This document shows positions 1 through 17,635 of a stretch of DNA of 64,000 bases, piece after piece (position 1 is the first letter of the stretch; every line of letters starts with the position of its first letter). Origin of the DNA: the human T2T-CHM13v2.0 reference genome, Homo sapiens. The position numbers were made by a program, and so were the translations under genes. The stretch lies in the NCBI RefSeq assembly GCF_009914755.1, contig NC_060932.1. The stretch is one strand, 5' to 3'. The notes beneath the pieces are model-generated. The model was not told the origin of the DNA. It made no database searches and saw only the letters and a list, made by a program, of their open reading frames with translations.

Positions 1-2
1 GT

Positions 3-370
<368 letters not shown>

Positions 371-1743
371 GTCAATACTCTTTAAATTTATCTCCAGATT
401 CAACACAATGCCTGTCAAAATTCCAGTTGCCTTTTTTTTGTAGAAGTTGACAAGATGATCCTAAAATTCATTAGGAAATGCTAAAGATGCAGAATAGCCA
501 AAAAATCTTAAATTAAAAAAAAATGGAGGATTCTCACTTCCCAAACTCAAAAATTGCAACACAGCTACAGTAATCAAGACAATGTATTATAGTACTGGTA
601 TAAGGAGATAAACACATAGACCAATAGAATAGAATTGAGATTCCCAAAATTAACCCTTACATTTATTTATGTTTATTGATTTTTGACAAAGGTGACAAGA
701 CAACTCAATGTGAGAAAGAATAGTTTCAACAAGTAGTGTTGGGACAACTGGGAATCAACATGGAAAAGAATGAATTTGGACCCCTACCTCATACCACACA
801 CAACATTTAACTCAAAATAGATTATAAACCTAAATGTAGGAGCCAAAAACGATCAAACTCTTTGAAGAACATATAGTAGTCAATCTTTGTGACCTGAGGT
901 CAGATAATATTTTCTTAAGATTCGAAACCAAAAGCACAATTGGCAAAAGAAAAAATAGATAAATAGAACTGAACTGTATCTAAAGGTTAAAACTCTGTGC
1001 TACAGACAAGGCTGTCAAGAAAATGAAAGCAACACACAGAATGGGAGAAAATATTTATAAATCATATATCTGGTAAGAAACTGGAATCCAAAATATATAA
1101 AGAGCATTTATCATTCAATAAAAGACAAATAATTCAATGGAAAAATTGGCAAAGGATTTGAATACACTTTTCTCCAAAGAAGATATCAAATGGCTAATGA
1201 GCACATGAAAAGATACTAAAAATCATTAGCCATTCAGGTAATGCAAATCAAAACCACAATGAGATACTACTTTGCACCCATAATAATGGTATAATGATGA
1301 CTATAATATAGAAGATAACAACTGTTCATGAGGATGTAGAGAAATTGGAATCCTGATACGTGGCTGGTAAAACGGCACAGACACTTGGAAAACAGTTTGG
1401 CAGTTCCTTAAAATGTTAAACATACAGTTACCTTATGACTAGGCAATTCCACTCCTCCAGTTCCAAGAGAACTGAAAATACATATCCATCCAAACACTTG
1501 TCAAGAAACATTCATGGCATCGTTATTTATACTAGCTAAAAAGTGGAAACACTTATATATATACCAATGAATGGATAAATAAAATGTGGTGTATTCACAC
1601 AATGGAATATTATTTGACAATAAAAAGGAATGACATGCTAACGCTTGGATGATCCAGAAAACATTATGCTAGGTTAAAAAAAAAAAAAGCCAGTCATAGA
1701 AGACCACACCGTATGATTTAATTTCTATAAAATATCCAGAATA

Positions 1744-2050
1744 GGCCAGGCATGGTGGCTCACGCCTGTAATCACAGCACTTTGGGAGGCTGAGGCAGGA
1801 GGATCTCTTGAGCCCAGGAGTTAGAGACCAGCGTGGGCAACATAGGGAGACTCCATCTCTACAAAATTTTTTTGAAAAAAATTAACAGGGCATGGTGGCA
1901 CATGTTGGTAGTCCCAGCTACTTGGGAGGCTTAGGTGGGAGGATCACTTGAGCCCAGGAGGTTGAGACTGCAGTGCAGTGAGCTGTGAGCTGTGATCACA
2001 CTACAGCCTGAATAACAGAGCAAGACCCTGTCTCAAAACTAAATAAATAA
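1744..2050 (+). mobile_element. Alu (J-type) inserted in L1 3' UTR
   Basis: Alu dimer; TSD aaatatccagaata / aaatatctagaata. Confidence 0.95.
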
Positions 2051-2434
2051 ATATCTAGAATAGGTAAATAGATAGAGACAGAAAGATTAGTGGTTGGTTA
2101 CAGATAGAGTGAGAACACATAGAGAATGATTGTGCATGGGTATAGAATTTCTTTAGGGGGAAAGAAAATGTTCTAAAATTAGATTGTAATGACAGGTGGA
2201 CAACCCTATAACTATACTAAAAAAGTCATTGAATTGTATACTTTAAAAGGGTGGATTATATGGTAAAAGCAGTAAAATTATTTTTAAATATGATAGATGA
2301 GCAAGATTGCCACTATATGAAAAGGTAAACTGTATATAGTCTTTAGTTTATTAGTTGCAACAGATTACTGGACATACCTGAAAACTCAATGAGGAACCTC
2401 TGTGTGTTATAAACACTTTGCTTAAGAATTTCTA

Positions 2435-2798
<364 letters not shown>

Positions 2799-3139
2799 TT
2801 AATACTGCCTTGAATTTATTCTAAGAGTTTATGTTTAACTTTTGTTAGGCAACTCCTTTGAACTTAGTTCCTAGGGTTCTTTCCCGAGTGCATGTTGCTG
2901 GAAGGAGGTAGCAAGTAAACACGGCTCCGCATTTCTTTGCTTTGAACATTGAGGAGGTTTGAAAAAGTCAGCTTGATGTCAGTTCACATGTAGCAGCACA
3001 AATAGGAGCTCTGCAATAATAATAAGAGAAAGATGGAGGATTAAGAGGTTTGGAAATTAATTGCTAATCCTTCTTGTACTGGTCCAAGTGTTTTAAGTGC
3101 CTTAATCAATTTTATCTTCCCAATAACTACATGAGGTAG

Positions 3140-3851
<712 letters not shown>

Positions 3852-4713
3852 GGCAAGTACTATTATTATTATACATCCCACTTCCCTGCTGTTAGGAGAG
3901 GTAAGAGCACAGGTTTCTAAGAGAAAGCCCCGGAGAACATAGGCAGAGACTGATGGAGCCATATTGAGGATGGAGTGATGATGTTTTCAGGTGAAACACA
4001 AGACTGAAATAAAGGAAAAGATTTGGAGTCACAAGTGGTTAGGCTGCTGGCCAGTGGCCTGGTAGAGTCTGAGGTCATGAAGGAATGTGCCTACTGAATA
4101 CAACTCAAATTTCTTGGTCAATTGGCTTAAATGTAACTTAATTCTATTCCCTGTACAGGTGTACTTGAGATGGTGAGTGCAAGCATACCTTTGCTTCCAA
4201 GGGGGACTCCCTTGCCCACAGTCCCTGCTGCCTCTCCCTGAGTCCCTCATTGCTGGTTGAAGTAGGCATGGGCATCTGCTGGCCTGGCATGCAAAAATGG
4301 ACCAGTCCAGTAAGGCTTCTACTTTTAGGACTAGAAATGGGCAAGGCAACAAAAAGTAGGGGCAGAGGGAATGTGATTCGGAGAGAGGGGTCAGACTGGC
4401 CACTAAGGCCACTTCCGGGTCAAAGCTAAGATGGAACAGACCTGGATAAGGCAGAAGAAGCTGGCTGAAAGAGAACTGAACAATGCAGAAAAGCATGCCA
4501 GAGACCATACATTCTGTGAGTGGATCTGAAGATGATCAGGGGTCTCTAGAGTCACCTCCATCTCCCTAGTTCAAATATATTCTTAAAAGGACCCATCTCC
4601 CCCAGAAACCCACTGATTGCAAGAATTTGAATGGATCCTTGCATTTGCAACAACAATACCCAGTTGAAGCAATACCCCTTTCCTAAGAATTCCTTCATTC
4701 CATTACTGGGCAC

Positions 4714-5072
4714 TGCCATGGTCTCAATGCTTGTGTCCCCTCAGAATTCATATATGGAAACCTAATCCCCAGTGCAATAGTATTGAGAGACATTTAGGAG
4801 GTGATTAGGTCATGAGGGTGGAGCCCTCATGAATGGGATTAGTGCCCTTATAAAAGAGGCCTGAGGGAGTTGTTTGCCCCTTGCATCATGCCAGATCACA
4901 ACAGGAAAGTGCCATCTATAAAGCAAAGAGCAAGCCCTCATCAGACACTGTATCTGCTGGCTCACTGATCTTAGACTTTGCAAGATCTAGTACTGTAAGA
5001 AATAACTTTCTGTTATTTATAAATGACTCAGTCTAAGGTATTTGGCTATGGCAGCCTGAATGGACTGAGACA
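4714..5072 (+). mobile_element. MLT1A/MST-type MaLR solo LTR
   Basis: TG...CA termini, perfect 5-bp TSD ggcac (4709-4713 / 5073-5077), motif gccctcatgaatgggattagtgcccttataaaagag. Confidence 0.9.
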
Positions 5073-6777
5073 GGCACTCATGTGCTAGGTGCTATTTGGG
5101 GCAATGAAGATTCAATACTAGATAAGACCCTTGCATAGAGCTGATTTGCTTGTGTTCGCAGATGGTAATGTTCGATGCTCACTGCTGGATTACTCAGCAC
5201 AGCTCCGTGCCCCGCGCTGACCCATCCTGGCCACAAGCTTTTCACTCACACTGTTCAGAGTATTTCCTGATCATAGAACTCCCTTCACCAGCTGAAATCC
5301 TAACCCATTTCCTAGTCTAGCTCAAATGCTACCTCTTCCTTATAGCTTTCTAGAAACTCTCAGACAAGGTTAATTTCCCTCTTTCCTATATCACTTAACA
5401 CTTCTGTGGCCATCGTGGCCCTATGCCATTTGGCCTCAGAGTTCAGGTTATTTACATGCCTAATCATCTTCAGCACTGTAAACTCCTAAAGAACCAGAAA
5501 TGAGCCTGATTTCCCCCTTTTCCTAGGGCTTATCATGGAACTTTCCCCATATGATCCATTCAATGAATATCAGTTAAAATTAAATTCAACCTATGAGGAC
5601 CCAGTGAGGGAGAAAGTGAGCAGGACATTGACCTTCATCCCTTATTCCCAGCTTCCATATCCAAGAATATGACCCACCCTATTTCCTAAAGTAAAATGAA
5701 ATAGTGATACATAATTAAAGGCTTCAGTCTAGCTGCCCTCCTACAAATCTAAATTATCACCAGCTCATGGATAAGCTAGTTTGTTTTTCAGCCTTGGCAT
5801 GTGGTCAGGATTGCATAGCTAGGAAGAAAGCATAATAAAACACTTCCAAGTGCTTTGAACTGGCAAAACTGTGTTTATACAATTACATGAAAACAAGCTA
5901 ATGTGATGGCATTGCGGACATTTCATGATGTTTGGGGTCAGGAAATTACAGTTCCCTGGTTATATGTTTTACTGCAGAGTGGTTTGCATCTCATCAGAAA
6001 AGAATCTCGCTTTGGAGTTAGCCCTTCGTGCATGGGGCTTGCTACAAATAAGGGGCTGGGGAAATGAATTCTTAAGTGAATTTTATTTCCTCCTGAGAGG
6101 TGAATATGATAAGTGGATTCAGCTTCTGGGATGCACCAGAAAATTCCACTACTGATGTGCAGGTGGCAGCAACGTGGAGAATAATAAAAGATATCGTCTG
6201 TGTCTTTTGTATATGTGTCCAGGATTTTTTTCAACCACTTCTTCTATGGAGCCCTATGGACCTTGCCAAGACCTCATGGACATGGGCCAGAGATGAGCTA
6301 ATGCAGTACTAGAAAGAGCATTGAACTTGCAATTGGAAGACCTAATTAAAGACTCAGATAGTCACTGAGCAGCCAGGGGATCTTGGGCATCTTGCTGGAC
6401 TTCTTTAAATCTTTGATTGCTCATCTGTATACTCAATAATTGCTTAGGGTCCGTTCCATGGTTTGAGTTGAATCTACGTCAGTTCATTAGACTGTTGTCC
6501 CACATCTACAAAATTACTGGAGCTGACCCATCAACATTAGTGTTATTCTTCTAATTACACTGATTCATACACATGTTCTGACCTGGCTCTTTTTGTGACT
6601 AACGCTGCATTTTCAAACAGTGGCCTGAGGTAAGGCGATTTGGCTGGGACTGTGACAGTGTGTCCATACATGGTATTAGGGGCACAGCTTCCAGGACTGC
6701 TATTATCTCTCTAGCAGCATGTTCTAATAGATAGTTCATTCATGTGATCACCAGTCTTCAAGGATTTTATCACAGTA

Positions 6778-7704
6778 TTATTTTTATTTTTATTTTATTT
6801 TAATTTATTTTACTATTATTATACTTTAAGTTTTAGGGTACATGTGCACAATGTGCAGGTTAGGTACATATGTATACATGTGCCATGCTGGTGTGCTGCA
6901 CCCATTAACTCGTCACTTAGCATTAGCTATATCTCCTAAAGCTATCCCACCCCCCTCCCCCCCACCCCACAACAGGCCCCAGAGTGTGATGTTCCCCTTC
7001 CTGTGTCCATGTGTTCTCATTGTTCAGTTCCCACCTATGAGTGAGAATATGCGGTGTTCGGTTTTTTGTTCTTGTGATAGTTTACTGAGAATGATGATTT
7101 CCAGTTTCATCCATGTCCCTACAAAGGACATGAACTCATCGTTTTTTATGGCTGCATAGTATTCCATGGTGTATATGTGCCATATTTTCTTAATCCAGTC
7201 TATCATTGTGGGACATTTGGGTTGATTCCAAGTCTTTGCTATTGTGAATAGTGCCGCAATAAACATACGTGTGCATGTGTCTTTATAGCAGCATGATTTA
7301 TAGTCCTTTGAGTATATACCCAGTAATGGGATGGCTGGGTCAAATGGTATTTCTAGTTCTAGATCCCTGAGGAATCGCCACACTGACTTCCACAGGGTTG
7401 AACTAGTTCACAGTCCCACCAACAGTGTAAAAGTGTTCCTATTTCTCCACATCCTCTCCAGCACCTGTTGTTTCCTGACTTTTTAATGATCGCCATTCTA
7501 ACTGGTGTGAGATGGTATCTCATTGTGGTTTTGATTTGCATTTCTCTGATGGCCAGTGATGGTGAGCATTTTTTCGTGTGTTTTTTGGCTGCATAAATGT
7601 CTTCTTTTGAGAAGTGTCCGTTCATGTCCTTCGCCCGCTTTTTGATGGGGTTGTTTGTTTTTTTCTTGTAAATTTGTTTGAGTTCATTGTAGATTCTGGA
7701 TATT
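6778..7704 (-). mobile_element. 5'-truncated young L1PA (L1PA2/L1PA3-like): ORF2 C-terminus and 3' UTR
   Basis: ORF track 7024-7383 and 7359-7625 give the L1 ORF2 C-terminus ([14 protein letters not shown]...FSLIGGN) with one frameshift; G-rich 3' UTR and A-rich tail; 3' UTR has the GAG state rather than the L1HS-Ta ACA. Confidence 0.95.
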
Positions 7705-7989
7705 TTTAAACTCCAAAGAACTACATGTTCAAGTTCTTAAGCCGTTGGATGAGGGATACATTTTCTGTGCAGGGGTAATCACTTGTAGAAATAAGGAGAT
7801 TTGACACAATTCTAGGAAAATGGTAAATCTGACTTCAGAAATATTTACCCTTTGGGCACCTCTAAAATGCTCTTCTTGGAATCCATGTCTTTGAAACATG
7901 GACCGATGAGACTATGAAGTGCAGCATTCCTGAGGCCAAACTGCCCAGACGGAATCCAAAACAGATTTGCAATACATTGAGAAGACTGT

Positions 7990-8121
7990 AGCTGGGAATG
8001 GCGGTGCATGCCTATAACCTCAGCTACTTGTGAGGCTGAGGCAGGAGGATTGCTTGAGCCCAGGAGTTCAAGACCAGCCTGGGCAACATAGCAAGATCTT
8101 GTCTCATAAAAAAAAAAAAAA
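7990..8121 (+). mobile_element. Free left Alu monomer (FLAM)
   Basis: ~130-bp monomer ending gaccagcctgggcaacatagcaagatcttgtctc plus poly(A). Confidence 0.85.
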
Positions 8122-8622
8122 GGATTATAAAATACAGATGCTAAGAGGGATTGTGTTAGTAAACCCATTTTATTTTTGACATGTAGTGCTATAGATGCTT
8201 TCAAACACTATCCCTTTAAAGGTTGCCTTTTTTGGACTCATAGGTCACAGCACACTGAGGTTACAGCAGTGGAAGTTGGAGCGCTATAGAAAGCAATTAG
8301 CAATATCTGTTAAAAGTCATTAAAGCATCCAAATCCCTTCATCAAGTAACTCTACTCTCAGACGTCTATCCCAACATTATAAAGAGATGGTCAAAAATGT
8401 ATGTATAAAAGATGTTTCCAACAAAAATTAAAAGCAACAGCAGGAAAATGATTCAGCACAGTATGTGATAGAAAATGTCACTAAAATGATGCTTCTGAAG
8501 TCTGTTCTAATAATATACAGAAATTTGTATGCAGTCTTAGTAAAGAAATGAGGTTGTGAGTTTTGCATACAATATTTTTCAACACACGTGAAGACAAATG
8601 CAAGACAAAAAGTTAACAGAGG

Positions 8623-8900
8623 GGGCCGGCACAACGGCTGACACCTGTAATCCCAGCACTTTGGGAGGCGAAGGTGGGTGGATTGCTTGAGCCCAGGAGT
8701 TTGAGTCCACCTTGGGCAACACGGCAAAACCCTGTCTCTACAAAAAATAAAAAAGTTAGCCAGGCATGCTGGTGCACATCTGTTGTCCCAGCTACTCCAG
8801 AGGCCGTGGTGGGAAGATCCCTTGAACCTGGGAGGCAGAGTGCTGAGATCGGGCCACTGTACTCCAGCCTGGATGACGGAGTGAGAGACTGTCTCAAAAA
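8623..8900 (+). mobile_element. Alu (J-type)
   Basis: Alu dimer; outer TSD aaaag(t/c)taacaga at 8608-8620 / 9226-9238 encloses the next Alu. Confidence 0.9.
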
Positions 8901-8905
8901 GATAA

Positions 8906-9216
8906 GGCTGGGTGCAGTGGTTCATGCTTGTAATCCCAGCATTTTGGGAGGCCGAGGTGGGCAGATGACTTGAGGTGAGGAGATCGAGACCAGCCTGGCC
9001 AACATGGTGATGCCCCATTCTTACTTAAAATACAAAAATTAGGCGGGCTTTGGTGGCATGTGCCATAGTCCCAGCTAGTCAGGATGCTGAGGCAAGAGAA
9101 TCACTTGAACTTGGGAAGTGGAGGTTGCAGTGAGTAGAGATCATGCCACTGCACTCCAGCCTGGGTGACAGAGCAAGACTTCATCTCAATAAAAATAAAA
9201 TAAAATAAAATAAAAT
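8906..9216 (+). mobile_element. Alu (S-type) inserted in the tail of the preceding Alu
   Basis: Alu dimer, (TAAAA)n tail, TSD aaaaagataa. Confidence 0.95.
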
Positions 9217-10157
9217 AAAAAGATAAAAAGCTAACAGATTACTTTAGATTTGGGAGGATGGGTGATTTTTCCCTTCTCCTTAATACTTCACTCTGTTTCA
9301 CAAACACCCACAATAAGCTTTACCTTAAAGCTTTTATAATTATAAATTTTTAAAATTATAAAAGTCATTTAAGAAACACAGCTGCTGTTCGTCCCTTAAT
9401 TACTTGTTCCTTATTTGAGATTGCCTTGTCTCCCAGCTGGTCACCTGGTTCCTCTCTCCCTGCAGAACATCAAAGCTACAGAATTGACTTCTGCTGGTGT
9501 TGACTACGAATGTCACAGCCCATAAAGCCAGGTTTAATGGAAAATCCCAAGGTGGTGGGGACAACAGCCTATTTATTTTCAAATGATTATTTTAAGGATA
9601 ACAGAAAGAAACACAGCAAGATGGGCCTTCATGGATGACTCTGGCTCTGAATCCCTGAGCAAAGTCAAGGGCCAGAGAGAGCAAACCAGTGCCAGCACAC
9701 CTTGATCCTACAGGAAGGCAAGGATGGTTTCATACTTTTTTGGAACAGGCTTTTCTGCAGGAACTCCAAACTCTTGGAAGATTCCAGTGTTTTCCCCCTA
9801 AGTTAACCCATCCTAAAATAGTCAAGGTGGGGCCAAGGAAAATCAGAGAGCAGACTTTAAGCTTTGGATTTTTGGGCCACATCCAGTGTATGGCTTTTTC
9901 CACAAGTTTGTCTTATGGGGTAACAGCAAGTATACTTTGAAGGCATATCCCCCAGGGTAGTTACATCTCTGAATAATGAAATTATTGGCAGTGTTATTTT
10001 CTTTTTGATGCTTTTCTGTATTTTCTAATCTTTTTGAGTGAGTTTGTGTTGCTTTTATAAGGAAAAGAATACTTTTTATTTTTAACATCATAACTGAGGG
10101 TGATATATGAAAAAGGTGCATAGGAAAGAAGACTCAGAAGGTGGTGAAGTAAGACTT

Positions 10158-10285
10158 TATATATATCTTATTTATAATAAATAAGATATATCTTATTTAT
10201 AATAAATAATATTACATATCTCTTATTTATAATAAATAATATACATATCTTATTTATAATAAATAATATTATATATATATAAAAT
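10158..10285. repeat. AT-rich minisatellite: 4 copies of tcttatttataataaataa with overlapping palindromes
   Basis: 19-mer at 10166, 10191, 10221 and 10248. Confidence 0.9.
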
Positions 10286-10499
10286 ACTTCCTTTGCATTT
10301 CCTAATTACTTTGTAATGGAACTACCTTCCATTTCCCATCAGAAAAATATACATTTATTGAAATGTACCTGAGTCCTAAAGTTCTAAGTGAACTCTAGAG
10401 AAATGTTTATTTTCATGGATAGATATTATTTTATTTCTGGGGTGGGAGGAGCAATTCATTGGCTCCAGATCATTAGACATCCACACAACTCAAGCTTGA

Positions 10500-10920
<421 letters not shown>

Positions 10921-11020
10921 ATAATATTCTGTACTTTAAGTGTATTGATAAATACATTTGTCTGTATGCTGAAGGAACTTTCTGTCTTGCTGAGAATATA
11001 GATGAGTTAATCAACAATTA

Positions 11021-11497
<477 letters not shown>

Positions 11498-12509
11498 CAA
11501 TATCAGTGCTTAAAAGAGAGGTATATAGGGTGCAGTGGGACCACCTGCAGTGGTCCATTAGTGTTGAAAGCTGTGAAAGTGGAAATGAGATGGCAGACAG
11601 CATGGGCCAACGAGGCAGAATTTGCAATCAGCCCATTAGAATCCTGGAAGACTTAGTTACTAGGTAGCTCTTCTCCTCTTTCAGAGCCTGGCAACAGCTA
11701 TCACCTCTTTCCCTGCTACTCTCTGGGACAGAATTCCCCCAACTCCATTTCTCTCCTGCCTCCTCTCAAGACTCTCTTTAAACTCCAAAGAAATAAAGAA
11801 GGGGTTCTACATCCTCTGAAGAGGATAGACTCCAGGCTGTAGGAGGCTAGGAACTGGCCTCAAAACAAAAAGGATGCCAAATCATTAAAACAGTTCTGAT
11901 GCCATTAGACATGCAAGGAACACAACCTCACCACTCTTGAGTCAGGCACCGAACCATAAGGCCCTTCAAGAAGGAGACTTCACTAATAATAGCATCATTG
12001 GCCCTGGCAGAGACTCTTCCAAATGCTTGGGTAGGTGAGGATGGGTGGGAAGGAAAGGATCCGTGTCCCCTCCACTGAAAATGCCTATAAAGTTGACTGT
12101 GTTGGATAGATCCTTTGCTGTAGCTGCAGTGACCCCCATTTAGTGACTCTATGAGTACATAATGTAACGAATGGTTTCTCCTAAGTCTGTGTAATCATAA
12201 AATGTTGTAAAGCTTTGCTGTATTATTAAGTTAGTAAGGCCACATATAAAATACCTCCTGGGTGAAGGTCGAGTAGATGATTACAGTATTCCCTGAGTGG
12301 AAGTTCAGCTGTCAAACAGAAATGGCATGAGCTTTAATTTCTGCAACTGTGAACCTTGTATTTTGTCAGCTGGGTAAATTTAAATGTACCAGGACAGCTA
12401 GTCCTTTAAAGTGACCCATAGAATAGATAATTTTGCAGTAGTATACTCATTCTCTAGTTTTTATTTAATATAAACTTGGAGTTTTATGGATTGCATGTGA
12501 AGGGTTCTA

Positions 12510-12923
<414 letters not shown>

Positions 12924-13334
12924 GGGCATATAGAGAAGAAATTTGGGGTACCATTCTTCACAGGTTTCTTTTTTAATCTAGTAAATTTTGCTAGTCACTT
13001 GCTTCCTTCCCTTTCTTGTCTTGCAGCTGATCTGATTTATCTTCCTATGTATCTGATGAATGGTTTATCCAGGGACTGGCAAAAGGAGAAAAACAAGATG
13101 CAGAGGAATGAGACTGAGAGTACCACAGTGTGAACAGTTTCCCCAAAGTGCTTCATTTTGGCTCCAGGTAAGTTATAATCAACTGAAGCTGTCTTTGGTA
13201 CATTAATTCAGGGCATCAGATGTCAGAATCCACATTTCAAAGTGCTTTCCTTGCATATAAGAACACACTAGGCTGTTCTCTATAGAAAAAAAAAAAAAGG
13301 AGCACAATAGTCTGGCAGGACTTGAGTTCATGTT

Positions 13335-13628
<294 letters not shown>

Positions 13629-14106
13629 GAGTTCATGTTTTCTGTGTGCAATGCAATGATGAGGTGGAAATTATTATCCCCAGTTTACAGATAGGAAAAC
13701 ACAGATGATAAAAATAGAAATATTTGTTTTTTTTAAATGGCCATTTAGTTTTTAAACAGCAAAAATGTCCTAGGAAATATGCTTGACTACATGTGGGAAA
13801 AAAGTTAGATTTTTCTTCTTAACACATACGTAAGTAAATTCCAGAAGAGAATACGGAGATTAACTGTAAACATTGAAAATACAAAACTACTAGATGAATA
13901 GAATGAATCTTTATCTAATTTCAAATACAGTAGAATTTTCTAACAAAAGCCATGAAAGAAATTACTTCTTTTGATAATATGCATCTTGTAAAAGTTCTAA
14001 CAGTACTGCAGACAAAATATAAACGTGGAAAATAAATTTAAAGAAATATTTGCAACATAGATGAATGAAGAGATGGTGTACTATAAAAAGAAATTTAAAA
14101 AATTTG

Positions 14107-14415
<309 letters not shown>

Positions 14416-15210
14416 ATTAAAATAAACAGTCACCACCAGAAAGGGAGCAAGGAGAAGCAACCAAGTATTTTTGAAAAGAAGAATTTGACTTTATGTCCTC
14501 AGGTTAAAGACAAAAACTGTAAGCAATTATTGTAGTTAGTAGGGTTGTAGGTTTGTTTTTCACAGTGTTATGTGTTAGCCTTCTGAAGCTATGTATATTC
14601 CATAATTGACAAAATAATGGAATCCAGGTTTTTTTTTACTATCAAAGAATGGAATTACAAATACACGAAGGGAGAAAGCTACAAAGCATCTTGTAGTGTT
14701 GGATTGTAATTGGAGGTATCAGTATAAATATGTGGTTTTAAATATATAGTTATAGAAATCAATATGAATCTCAGGACACAGACATATACCTGGTTCTGTT
14801 TGCTGAGAGTGTCTAAAAGTAACGACATTCGGTAGCATTGAGCACATTTAGTGCCCAGACATGGTTTCTAAATACCACCCTCCACTGAAAGGAACCAGAG
14901 CTCCTTGGAGAGTTGGCTGAATCCAAAAATGAAACATTTTGCTGTGCAAGTAAGTAAAGAAATGCTCAAGGAATGATAGGGACATGTCACAAAGACATAG
15001 GAACCGGATCGAAGAGGCTCCCACTGACCAACTCTGGAACAATTTGAGCGTCAAAATAAAAGATAGCACAACAGATTATCATTCATTGAATAAAATTAGA
15101 ATTCATAAGTATCTACATTGATATAAACGAATGAATGAATGAATGAATACATAAATAAATGGATGGAGAGAATGAAGAGTGCTTCCTTAGAGCAGGATGC
15201 AAACTAATAA

Positions 15211-15625
<415 letters not shown>

Positions 15626-16193
15626 TAAAGATTTAATAGGATACTTACATAATATCTAGTTGCTCCCTATCAGATAGCTTTTAATTTCAAAGAGTAAAAT
15701 GGCAGCTTTTATATTAGCGCATGTTGGTAGGAGCCACCTTAATCAAATGCTCAGAGTTAACAACATCCGTAGTGTGTCAGAACCACAGCACGTGCCTCCT
15801 GCACTAAGAAAAACACTGCATCACTTCTGCAATATTCCTGCCAAGATGCATGACATGAACCTAACCAAGAGGAAGCACCAAGAAACTCAAAACTCTTTTA
15901 CAGCATAATTGACCTGTACTCTTCCAAAGTGTCAAAGCCCGACAAGAAAGGCCAAAGAACCCAGATTAAAGGATACCAAGGGTACAAATGTCATAGGTGT
16001 TGTTGGATTAGATCCTGGACCAGAATCTTTTATTTTGCTAAAAGAGCAATTGTGAGCCAATTAGTGACATTAAATAAATTCTGTGTAGATTAAATTCTAC
16101 TATAATCTCAACGTTAACTTTCTGATTTTGATAAATCGAATCTGGGGGTATATATAAGACTGGTCTTGTTTTTAGAGAATACACACAGAAGTA

Positions 16194-16507
16194 TTTATTT
16201 ATTTATTTTGAGTCAGGGTCTTGCTCTGTCTCCAGGCTGGAGTGCACCTCATAGCTCGATGTGTGGTCATGGCTCACTGCAGCCTCAAACTCCCAGGCTC
16301 AAGGGATCCTCCCACCTCAGCCTCCTGAGTATCTGGGACTACAGGTATGCACCACCACACCCCAGCTAATTAAAAAAAATTTTTTTTTGTAGAGATGTGG
16401 TTTTGCTATGTTGCCCAGGCTGTTCTCAAATTCCTGGCCCCAAGCAATCCTCCCTCCTTGGCCTCCCAAAGTTTTGGGATTGTAGACATGATCCACTGTG
16501 CCCAGCC
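16194..16507 (-). mobile_element. Alu (J-type)
   Basis: Alu dimer, (TTTA)n tail; short non-Alu insertion near 16247-16262. Confidence 0.9.
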
Positions 16508-17328
16508 ACACGGAAGTATTTAAAGGGAAGCGGGCTTGAGGTTCGCAATTTACCATCAGATAGTTCAAAAAAAGTAATATACGTAGGAGAGAGAGAAAGC
16601 TGGAGAGATATGAAGCAAACATGACAATATCTGTATTTGGGGAATCTGGGTAAGACCGTATTGGAATTCTTTATTCTGTTTTTGCAATCTTTCTATAAGC
16701 TTGAAATTATTTCAAAGTAATTGGTAGAGACAGTGAGAATTTTTTAAAAAAGTCTCTCCACAAACACACACAGAGACACACACATGCAAAAACATGACTG
16801 ACAGAAATTTAGCGAAAGTGTTAATAAAGTTTGTATCTGGATGGTGAGATTACGTAGTAATAAAAACATTACATTTGAAATTAATCTTTATGTTTTTACA
16901 TACTACACATGCTCAATCATGTGTATTTATTTTAAAAATATCCATTTATTTAAATTTTTAGAAGCTCTAGCAGGGCCTGTGGCCCTTGCTCTGCCTGTCA
17001 CGAAAGGCACCTTTTTGATGACAGTTGTTTGTCTTTGTTGCTGCTTGGCTATGCATGGACACACCCATCTGGGCTCCACCAGCAGCTGTGGTGGTGGCAA
17101 AATAGTTCTGGGTATGACCATGACAGCAAGACAGCTGTAGTCTCATATGACTGAGAGTGTCACATGCTTTTCCCCTGAGGTGCTGAGTAGACCGTATACC
17201 AGAAGGAATTCTAAAAACAGCAATGTGCATGCTTTCTGCTGCGGAAGCACCCTGTCACTTTCTTGTGGCCCAAGCATTCCAGAGTGAGAAACTTGGAGTG
17301 TGTCTGCATTGTTAAAAGTATCCTTTGA

Positions 17329-17635
17329 TTTTTTTTTTTTTGAGACAGTTTCGCTCTTGTCGCCTAGGCTGGAGTGCAGTGGAGTGCAGTGGCTCAGTCT
17401 CGGTTCACTGCAACCTCCGTCTCCTGGGTTCAAACAATTCTCCTACCTCAGCCTCCTGAGTATTTGGGATTACAGGTGCCCACCACGATGTCCAGCTAAT
17501 TGTTTGTGTATTTTTAGTAGAGACAGGGTTTCGCCAGGTTGGCGAGACTGGTCTCGAACTCTTGACCTCAGGTGATCTACCCGCCTCGGCATCCCAAAGT
17601 GCTGGGACTACAGGCATGAGCCACCACACCTGGCC
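17329..17635 (-). mobile_element. Alu (S-type)
   Basis: Alu dimer with internal 10-bp duplication ggagtgcagt; TSD tgattttt. Confidence 0.95.

Noticed and set aside
7024-7625. L1 ORF2-like ORFs (also 28810-30284 and 61130-61372)
   Set aside because: Fragments of 5'-truncated, frameshifted L1 copies; not functional CDS.
10166-10266. Repeat-spacer pattern resembling a CRISPR array
   Set aside because: Spacers are 6-11 nt, AT-rich and related to each other; primate DNA with no cas genes. It is a minisatellite.
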